Source: Sedimentisphaera cyanobacteriorum
GTDB taxonomy: Bacteria; Planctomycetota; Phycisphaerae; Sedimentisphaerales; Sedimentisphaeraceae
NCBI RefSeq assembly: GCF_001997385.1
Contig: NZ_CP019633.1
Span: 960,001 to 992,000 of the forward strand
DNA: 32,000 nt
Direction: 5' to 3'
This document shows positions 15,663 to 21,929 of this stretch, one piece after another (within the stretch, counting starts at the first letter, position 1; each line of letters opens with the position of its first letter). Made by a program: the position numbers and the translations under genes. The notes under the pieces were generated by a model. It did no database searches. It saw nothing but the letters and a program-made list of their open reading frames with translations, and was not told where the DNA came from.

Positions 15663-16112
15663 TTATCTTGTATCACTAGGCAAATCGGCTGCATAATGCA
15701 AAAAGTCTATCCACATATCGAACACCCTTTCCATTATTGTCGGTGCAATCAGAAAGCTTATGCCTGCAACCAGAAGCATATATAGCAAACAGAAAAGCGT
15801 ATAAATCGGCCTTATCAGCATCAGGCAGGTGCTGGCGATAAATATAGGTATAAGTATGCAGTACAGACCGACTAAAATGTAGTTCGATACAAATCCGCTG
15901 TATTCATAGCTTTCCCCTACGGAAAAGTAAATCTCAAGACAGAAGAAAAAAAGCGGTACAGATATAAAAATAAAGACAAACAGTCCTCCCCTTACAAAAG
16001 GGGACATTGTGCCGGCAACAGAAAAATTGTTCGAAATATTCTGCCTTCTGTTCCTGTAGAACTTGTCCCCAAAATTTTGGGAAGAAAATATATTTAATGG
16101 ATTAAAGCCCAA
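15663..16112 (-). CDS. Small polytopic membrane protein, unknown function (first gene of the EPS operon)
   Basis: 149 aa with about three or four hydrophobic helices (LFVFIFISVPLFFFCLEIYF, ILVGLYCILIPIFIASTCLMLI, LFCLLYMLLVAGISFLIAP). The start is a TTG at 16112, preceded by a GAGGGG Shine-Dalgarno-like sequence 6-7 nt upstream. I recognise no motif. Confidence 0.45.
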   Translation of the reverse strand: MGFNPLNIFSSQNFGDKFYRNRRQNISNNFSVAGTMSPFVRGGLFVFIFISVPLFFFCLEIYFSVGESYEYSGFVSNYILVGLYCILIPIFIASTCLMLIRPIYTLFCLLYMLLVAGISFLIAPTIMERVFDMWIDFLHYAADLPSDTR

Positions 16113-16362
16113 TTAATTCCCCTCTTACGTATTATCCGTATATACTAATATATCTTTGACAATTTTCAATCGTTTTATATTACTTTGATTGCTCATTTAT
16201 GTTTCAAATATAACTGTTCGGGCAAGAGGCTTCGGGTTAATTTTTCACAAAACATAAAGAATTTCATAAAAATTCAATTTTTGTTTATTTTTTCAATCCA
16301 ATTTTTCAATTCAAGTCTATAACATTACAGGAAGATACAGTTAAAAGGGAATTAAAAAGACT
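16113..16362. promoter_or_regulatory. AT-rich divergent control region between the EPS operon and the ECF sigma operon
   Basis: 250-nt non-coding gap between divergently oriented first genes. On the plus strand there is a perfect TTGACA at 16156-16161, with TATTAC 16 nt downstream (16178-16183). TTCAAT recurs at 16273, 16292 and 16305, plus TTCAAG at 16310. The hexamer assignments are tentative. Confidence 0.35.
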
Positions 16363-16887
16363 ATGCAGTCTTCAAAAGCAAATTTCATAGAGCTTTATTC
16401 TAAATCTCAAAAGAAAATATTCTTCTATATTTTGAGTATGGTTCACCACCGCAGCGATGCAGAGGACCTGCTCCAGCAGACCGCTTCTGAGATGTGGAAA
16501 CTGTTCGATAAGTATCAGGAGGACAAAAACTTTACTGCTTGGGGAATAGCTATAGCACACTACAAAATCCTTGATTACAGAAAATCTCGAAGCAGGAATA
16601 AGCTTTTTCTCTCAAACGATGTGTATGAACAGATTATTCAGGAATTCAACGATGTCTCAGAATTTGAAGAGCAGAGGCGAAACGCACTCAACGGATGCCT
16701 CAAGAAGCTCAGCGATGAAGACCAAAAGATGATATGGATGCATTATGATGAGGGCCTTAGCTATAAAAAGATAGCAGAAAATCTTCAGAGGTCTAAAAGC
16801 GGTATATATAAAGTAATGGCCAGGATTCACTGCAATCTGCTGGCCTGTATTAAGAAAACTTTGCTTGTGTGGCAGCGAAATGGATAA
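16363..16887 (+). CDS. ECF-type sigma-70 family RNA polymerase sigma factor
   Basis: 174 aa. Region 2 reads AEDLLQQTASEMWKLFDKY..FTAWGIAIAHYKILDYRKSRSR. The region 4 helix-turn-helix reads DQKMIWMHYDEGLSYKKIAENLQRSKSGIYKVMARIH. The stop overlaps the anti-sigma start (ATGGATAA at 16880-16887). Confidence 0.85.
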   Translation: MQSSKANFIELYSKSQKKIFFYILSMVHHRSDAEDLLQQTASEMWKLFDKYQEDKNFTAWGIAIAHYKILDYRKSRSRNKLFLSNDVYEQIIQEFNDVSEFEEQRRNALNGCLKKLSDEDQKMIWMHYDEGLSYKKIAENLQRSKSGIYKVMARIHCNLLACIKKTLLVWQRNG

Positions 16888-18604
16888 AATCAGCAGACAA
16901 GATTTTGTAAATATTCTGATGAAAGCATTGGATGCAGAGGCTTCAAATGAGGATATTTATAAGCTGAACAAAGCTATGAGAGATGACCAGGCTTGCCGGC
17001 GGCTCTATATTGAAACATTACTGCTCTATGTAGAGCTCTCTCCTTACGGCAGCGTAGAAATAGAGAAGAACAATAATAAGGTTGATCCTTTGCTGGCAGG
17101 TTCAGTACTCAATAGAGACGAATGCAGCTGCGATATAATTTCTTTCCCTAAGAGAAAAAATGAAAAAGCAGGCAAGGATACAATTGAAAATGAAATTCCT
17201 GCAGCGCGAAGACGCCCATTCAGTAAAATCACCTTTGCGCTATTTGCGCTAACTTCTGCAGCTTTGATATTTCTTATTGTTTATGCTAACTTTTTCACTC
17301 CTAAGCTTATAGAAACAGCCACTCTAAACAAATCCATTGATGCCAAATGGAGCGGAGCAAATCTCAATGAAGGCAGCAGGCTTTATGCTCAGAGAGAAAC
17401 TATTACCCTAAGAGGCGGAATAGCAGAATTTGAAACGAACAACCAGACTAAGGTGATTATTGAAGGTCCTGCGGAATTCAGGTTTAGAGGCCCTTCTGAA
17501 GTAACGCTTGAATACGGTCAGCTTTATTCAATTGTCGAAGAGGAAGGTTTCGGGTTCACCGTTACAACGCCGAATTCGAAAATCGTGGATCTGGGAACTG
17601 AATTTGGAGTTATTGCCGGGAAAGACGGCAACACTGAGCTGCACGTTATTAAAGGAAAAACCAAACTGCTCAGCGACAACAGCTGGATAAACAATACTGT
17701 AATGGAAGTTACAGAAAACACCGCTTGCAGGGTTTCGAACAACAGCTCCTCTGTGAGCAAAATTGCCTTGAAGGAAGATTTCTTCGCACGGTATATCAAC
17801 AAAGAAAACAGGGTTGTATGGCGCGGGGAAAAGCAGCTCGATTTAGCCGATATTGTAGGCGGCGGAAACGGTCTGGGGACAGGGAAATATCTTTCAGGCA
17901 TAAACACAAAAAGCGGTGTTTATGCGAGTAATATGATTAAGTTCAGCTCTATTTATGAGAATGACTCTTCTTATAGAGAAGTTAGAGGCTTAGATTTTAT
18001 TGATGGGGTTTTTGTACCAGACAAAACCGAAAAAGCAGGAATTGTTTCTTCACAGAGACATCGCTTTGATAAATTTACCGACACTATAGGCAAGTACTGG
18101 ATCGGAATAATAAATGGGGCAGTACATCCTGAACTGGCAAATGTTAAGCAGCATACCCTTACCTTAAAAGGAAAAAGTTTAGATTATCCGCAGAATAAAG
18201 CAATATTCATTCACCCAAATCAAGGAATCACTTTTGACCTTGAAAAAATCAGGAAAGCCTACGAAAAGCAAAATATAATCCGTTTCTCAAGCTCTTTCGG
18301 GCTCTCTGACAGTATATTTAAGCCCGTGAATTTCAAAGATAATAGAAATAATTCAACCTCATTCCAAGAAGGATTTCCAAGGTGCAATTTTCAAGTTTTA
18401 GTTGATGGGGTATTGAAACATGAAAAAACGAGGCAAACGCCAATGGATGAGCCGGATAATTTCGAAATCCCGATTTCTAAAGAAGACAGTTTTCTGACTG
18501 TTATAGTAAGCTCCCCGGTTGATGACCAAATAGAAAATGCAGGACTTTTATGGGCAGTACTCGCTGAGCCTTCTCTTATACTAAGCAGCGATAAAGGGGT
18601 TTAG
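16880..18604 (+). CDS. FecR-family transmembrane anti-sigma factor with a ~300-aa uncharacterised C-terminal extracytoplasmic domain
   Basis: The ORF track starts at a TTG at 16865. I prefer the ATG at 16880 (MDKISRQDF..). An N-terminal anti-sigma helix region is followed by a TM helix (ITFALFALTSAALIFLIVYANFF). The FecR-like beta-domain reads LRGGIAEFETNNQTKVIIEGPAEFRF..LEYGQLYSIV..GFTVTTPNSKIVDLGTEFGV. The remainder (from about GGGNGLGTGKY.. to the end) contains no motif I recognise. Confidence 0.75.
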   Translation: MDKISRQDFVNILMKALDAEASNEDIYKLNKAMRDDQACRRLYIETLLLYVELSPYGSVEIEKNNNKVDPLLAGSVLNRDECSCDIISFPKRKNEKAGKDTIENEIPAARRRPFSKITFALFALTSAALIFLIVYANFFTPKLIETATLNKSIDAKWSGANLNEGSRLYAQRETITLRGGIAEFETNNQTKVIIEGPAEFRFRGPSEVTLEYGQLYSIVEEEGFGFTVTTPNSKIVDLGTEFGVIAGKDGNTELHVIKGKTKLLSDNSWINNTVMEVTENTACRVSNNSSSVSKIALKEDFFARYINKENRVVWRGEKQLDLADIVGGGNGLGTGKYLSGINTKSGVYASNMIKFSSIYENDSSYREVRGLDFIDGVFVPDKTEKAGIVSSQRHRFDKFTDTIGKYWIGIINGAVHPELANVKQHTLTLKGKSLDYPQNKAIFIHPNQGITFDLEKIRKAYEKQNIIRFSSSFGLSDSIFKPVNFKDNRNNSTSFQEGFPRCNFQVLVDGVLKHEKTRQTPMDEPDNFEIPISKEDSFLTVIVSSPVDDQIENAGLLWAVLAEPSLILSSDKGV

Positions 18605-18735
18605 TAAGTTGCTTGGATTTATTACTGAAGATATTTTTCTTGAAAGGAGGTGAACAAGTAAAATACAAGCTAATTTTGTTTTGTAAATTATATTTAATGA
18701 CTCATAGATTATTATTTACTGAAAGGTTTTTTATC

Positions 18736-20574
18736 ATGAAACAAAAAAGATTAAGTTTCAATTTAGCTGTGCTGCTTATCATCTCGGCTGTTTTTGCAGC
18801 AGCATCCACTTCCGAAGCGGCAAAACTGATAGAATGGAAATTTGATGGAAACGCACTTGATTCAAGCGGAAATGGATTCGATGGAGACATATACGAAGGA
18901 GGTGCTGACAGCGTAAGCTTTTCTAATGAGGGACGCGGCGGCTGCATCGAATTAACGAACAATAAAGACAGAGTTCTAACATCAAGTTATGTTGACATCG
19001 GTTCAGCATTTACCGCTGCCGGCTGGATGAAGCTCCCCCAAGATTTCGGCGGGGCGTGGAATCGTTTTCTAACAACCAGCGATGCAGGAACGGGATTCTG
19101 CATTATGCAGGACGGCAGCTCAGGCAGCTTAAAATTTACCGTAAACGGCAACTGGGCAATGCCTAAAGCCGGACAGCTCACCCCGGGACGATGGCAGCAT
19201 ATTGCAGGAACCTACGACGGGACTGATGCCAGGCTTTACGTTAATGGCGAACTTGTCGCAGGGCCGATTTCTATGCCCGCTCCCTCTGAATCTGAGCAGA
19301 TTATAGCAATGGGAAGAGACCAGAACAGCTGGGAGTCAGGATTTACAGGACTCTTTGACGAAGTAAAGATATATAACAATGCACTCAGCGCCTCGGAAAT
19401 ATCAGATCTCTACAATGCCGAATACCTTCAGCAGGTTTCAGATCCCAGAGATAAGGCAGCGCTTCCTGCTGTTAATAATTCAGTTGATTTCGAAATCACA
19501 ATAGACAAGGCAGAAACTTCAACAGTAACAAACGTTGAATGGTACAAAAAGATTGCAGCAGGCGATCCTAATACGCCGATAACAAGCGATGGGACAAAAT
19601 ACGACATTTCCCTCACTCAGTCCGGTTCTGCTCTAACCATCTACAATCCAGACACAAATGATGAAGCTTATATGTACTTGGCTGAAGTTACCCTCGACTC
19701 GGGTTACCCTTCAATTATAGAAACCAAGCCGGCTTCACTTAAAATTAGCGATGGTCTTATGCACCGCTGGAGCTTTTCCGGCGATTTGACTGATTCAGCA
19801 GGCTCAGCAGACGGAGAGCTTTACGACCCATCCTCTTCAACAGCTTCCTTTGTAGATGGCAGCAGTCAGCTTCTTCTTGATAATCCTCAGGTAAGGCCTG
19901 TTGATGATCCTAACAATATTGCTTATGTAACACTGCCGGACGGCATAATATCCTCTGCCGATAATTTTATGACCATTGAAATGTGGGTTACTCCGCACAG
20001 AGTAGTTGAACCGTCTAACTGGCTTGCCCCTCTTTTTGCATTCGGTGAAGATAACGATGACAATATACTTAACGACAGCGGCGGCCAGGGCATCTCTGGG
20101 CTTCTCCAGACCCCTGAAAGCGGCCCTTCAGTAGGCATTGATATGCCGAACGGAAACTCAAGATGGTCTGACCCTGCTCAGGCAATCGAGGGCTCGGAAT
20201 TTATGCTTGCAATGGTATGGGACGGCAACACCGGTGAAGGAAGACTTTATATAAATGGCAATCTGGTTGCCGGCCCTCAGAACTTGCCAATCAATCTTTC
20301 TGAGATTAATGATGTAGATAATTTGATTGGGCATAATTGGTGGAGCAATGGGCTAATTAATGCTTCATTTAACGAAATCAGGATTTACGACTGGCCGTAT
20401 GATGCCCCTTGGATACAGGCTCATTACAATGCCGGAGCAGATTTAGTCGATGTGAATCCTTGTATGAATCCTCCTGAAACGGATTTGGATGGTGATTGCC
20501 AGATAACTCTTAACGATTTTGCGCTTTTAGCCTCTGAATGGCTTTACTGCGGCAGACTCGGCCCCTGCAATTAA
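18736..20574 (+). CDS. Secreted protein: LamG (Laminin_G_3-type) + Ig-like linker + second LamG + Cys-rich dockerin/EF-hand-like C-terminal tag
   Basis: The ORF track starts at 18613. I prefer the in-frame ATG at 18736, which gives a clean signal peptide (MKQKRLSFNLAVLLIISAVFAAASTSEA) with GAAAGG upstream. LamG hallmarks occur twice: WKFDGNALDSSGNGFDG..FTAAGWMK..RWQHIAGTYDGTDARLYVNGELV..GLFDEVKIYNNALSASEI, and HRWSFSGDLTDSAGSADG..MTIEMWV..LAMVWDGNTGEGRLYINGNLV..FNEIRIYDW. The C-terminus is DLDGDCQITLNDFALLASEWLYCGRLGPCN. Confidence 0.8.
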   Translation: MKQKRLSFNLAVLLIISAVFAAASTSEAAKLIEWKFDGNALDSSGNGFDGDIYEGGADSVSFSNEGRGGCIELTNNKDRVLTSSYVDIGSAFTAAGWMKLPQDFGGAWNRFLTTSDAGTGFCIMQDGSSGSLKFTVNGNWAMPKAGQLTPGRWQHIAGTYDGTDARLYVNGELVAGPISMPAPSESEQIIAMGRDQNSWESGFTGLFDEVKIYNNALSASEISDLYNAEYLQQVSDPRDKAALPAVNNSVDFEITIDKAETSTVTNVEWYKKIAAGDPNTPITSDGTKYDISLTQSGSALTIYNPDTNDEAYMYLAEVTLDSGYPSIIETKPASLKISDGLMHRWSFSGDLTDSAGSADGELYDPSSSTASFVDGSSQLLLDNPQVRPVDDPNNIAYVTLPDGIISSADNFMTIEMWVTPHRVVEPSNWLAPLFAFGEDNDDNILNDSGGQGISGLLQTPESGPSVGIDMPNGNSRWSDPAQAIEGSEFMLAMVWDGNTGEGRLYINGNLVAGPQNLPINLSEINDVDNLIGHNWWSNGLINASFNEIRIYDWPYDAPWIQAHYNAGADLVDVNPCMNPPETDLDGDCQITLNDFALLASEWLYCGRLGPCN

Positions 20575-20595
20575 AACTTAAATACAGGCATAAAC

Positions 20596-20629
20596 AAAGG
20601 AGGCTGCCTAAAATGCGCAGTCTCCTTTT
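20596..20629 (+). terminator. Candidate rho-independent terminator after the first LamG gene
   Basis: Stem AAAGGAGGCTGC (20596-20607) pairs with GCAGTCTCCTTT (20617-20628). That gives 12 pairs including one G-U, with a 9-nt loop. The core GGAGGCTGC/GCAGTCTCC is followed by TTTT, a short U-tract. It lies 22 nt after the stop codon. Confidence 0.5.
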
Positions 20630-20660
20630 AGCCATATAAAACTAATAATTGGAATCCGAG

Positions 20661-20683
20661 TGTAGCTCTCCCATAGAATTGAA
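20661..20683. repeat. IS3-family left terminal inverted repeat
   Basis: See the mobile-element entry. It pairs with 21902-21924. Confidence 0.75.
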
Positions 20684-20747
20684 CACTTTAAATTAGACGG
20701 TTCCTGAATAATATAAACCAACTCAAATATTTAGAAAGGAACTTAAA

Positions 20748-21014
20748 ATGCGAAGATCGAGGTTTAGTGAAAGCCAGATACTTTCGATTCTCAAGGAGTC
20801 AGAAGCCGGTTTAGAGGTCAGTGATTTGACCAGGAAATACGGCATATCCCGTGCCACATTTTACAACTGGAAGAGCAAGTATTCTGGTATTGGCGGCAGT
20901 GAGATAAGGCGTTTACGCGAGTTAGAGCGAGAGAACGGCAAGCTCAAAAAGATGTATGCGGACTTATCATTAGAGAATAACGTTCTCAAGGATTTAATAG
21001 AAAAAAACTTCTAA
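20748..21014 (+). CDS. IS3-family transposase OrfA (HTH + leucine-zipper region)
   Basis: 88 aa: MRRSRFSESQILSILKESEAGLEVSDLTRKYGISRATFYNWKSKYSGIGGSEIRRLRELERENGKLKKMYADLSLENNVLKDLIEKNF. This is the typical IS3/IS407 OrfA pattern. Confidence 0.9.
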   Translation: MRRSRFSESQILSILKESEAGLEVSDLTRKYGISRATFYNWKSKYSGIGGSEIRRLRELERENGKLKKMYADLSLENNVLKDLIEKNF

Positions 21015-21048
21015 AGCCTGCCGAGCGAAAGGATTTTGCCAGGCAGGC
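21001..21048 (+). promoter_or_regulatory. Programmed -1 ribosomal frameshift signal: slippery A AAA AAC plus a downstream stem-loop
   Basis: The A7 run at 21001-21007 reads A_AAA_AAC in the orfA frame (21002-21008). The -1 frame is open from 21002 onward (KKLLKPAERKDFARQAHSKGLCV..) and continues into orfB. After a 7-nt spacer, stem GCCTGCC (21016-21022) pairs with GGCAGGC (21042-21048). Confidence 0.75.
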
Positions 21049-21067
21049 ACATTCTAAGGGCTTATGC

Positions 21068-21892
21068 GTGCAATCATCTTGTAAAGCAGCAGGCATCAGC
21101 CGGGGCAGTTTTTACTATACTCCTTCAAGAAACGATGATGCTGAGGTAAAAAGACAGATAGAGCTGGTAATAGATTCCCGTCCTCGACGCGGATTTCCAA
21201 AGATATTCGACAGTATCCGCCGCAAGGGATATAGCTGGAATCACAAAAAGGTTTATCGTGTTTATAAGGAAAATGAATTTCAGCTTAACAACCGTAAAAA
21301 GAATTTGATAAGGCAAATAGAGCGTAAACCTATGCCAGAAGCCACGAGAGCTAATGAGATATGGAGTATTGATTTTATGAGCGATAGTTTGAGTAATGGT
21401 CGGCCATTCAGGGCTTTCAACGTTATCGATGAGTTTAACCGTGAGGCATTGGATATTGAGATCGACACGAGCTTACCTTCGCTTCGCATAATTCGTAGCC
21501 TTGAATTAATAGGCTCTGATCGGGGTTTCCCCCGCTTTATTCGCAGCGATAATGGGCCGGAATTTAGGAGCCTTCAATTTCGCAGGTTCTGCTGCCGAAA
21601 CAGAATCAGGCACCGCCGTATAGAAGCAGGCAAGCCTCAGCAAAACAGTTTTATTGAACGATTCAATCGGAGTTATCGAGAGGATATACTTGATATGTAC
21701 AGTTTTAAGAATTTATCAGAAGCTCGTAATTTAACTTTAGATTGGCTTATAGAATATAATTATGAGCGTGGGCACGAATCACTGGGAGGGAAAGCTCCTG
21801 TAGAGTATGTCCGCAGTTTTTTGCCTTTCACCCCTCAAAATAATTCTGAAGGGGCAAAAGGAAAAAACTGCTGTTTGAAGGAATTTGTCTAA
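21068..21892 (+). CDS. IS3-family transposase OrfB (rve/DDE integrase core), probably expressed as an OrfAB fusion (20748..21892 with a -1 shift near 21007)
   Basis: The ORF-track segment starts at a GTG at 21068, and the frame is open back to 21002. The DDE core reads WSIDFM (D), IRSDNGPEF (D) and FIERFNRSYREDIL (E). YNYERGHESLGGKAPVEY is a typical rve C-terminus. Confidence 0.9.
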   Translation: MQSSCKAAGISRGSFYYTPSRNDDAEVKRQIELVIDSRPRRGFPKIFDSIRRKGYSWNHKKVYRVYKENEFQLNNRKKNLIRQIERKPMPEATRANEIWSIDFMSDSLSNGRPFRAFNVIDEFNREALDIEIDTSLPSLRIIRSLELIGSDRGFPRFIRSDNGPEFRSLQFRRFCCRNRIRHRRIEAGKPQQNSFIERFNRSYREDILDMYSFKNLSEARNLTLDWLIEYNYERGHESLGGKAPVEYVRSFLPFTPQNNSEGAKGKNCCLKEFV

Positions 21893-21901
21893 TTATTACT
21901 G

Positions 21902-21924
21902 TTCAAAGACAGGGGAGAGGCACA
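21902..21924. repeat. IS3-family right terminal inverted repeat
   Basis: See the mobile-element entry. It pairs with 20661-20683. Confidence 0.75.
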
Positions 21925-21929
21925 CGAGA

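Larger units (their letters stand above)
20661..21924 (+). mobile_element. Intact IS3-family insertion sequence (IS407-group-like), 1264 bp, with a 4-bp target-site duplication CGAG
   Basis: The ends are TG...CA. IRL is TGTAGCTCTCCCATAGAATTGAA (20661-20683). The reverse complement of IRR (21902-21924) is TGTGCCTCTCCCCTGTCTTTGAA, matching at 16 of 23 positions. CGAG flanks both ends directly (20657-20660 and 21925-21928). The element has an orfA/orfB arrangement with an A7 slippery run. A 4-bp duplication and ~1.2-kb size fit the IS407 group (established knowledge). Confidence 0.85.

Noticed and set aside
18613-18735. 41-codon N-terminal extension of the first LamG ORF (MDLLLKIFFLKGGEQ...)
   Set aside because: The in-frame ATG at 18736 gives a canonical signal peptide straight away and has a GAAAGG upstream. 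The extension is AT-rich and looks non-coding.
18605-18735. ECF-type promoter upstream of the first LamG gene (for example GTGAAC at about 18648)
   Set aside because: I could not identify a convincing -35 GGAAC-like / -10 CGTC-like pair at proper spacing. There is not enough evidence to annotate one.
21885-21929. 15-codon N-terminal extension of the 984-aa ORF (MSNYYCSKTGERHTR)
   Set aside because: The extension lies inside the IS3 right end and target duplication and overlaps the orfB stop. The ATG at 21930 starts a proper signal peptide. The extension is an artefact of the insertion.
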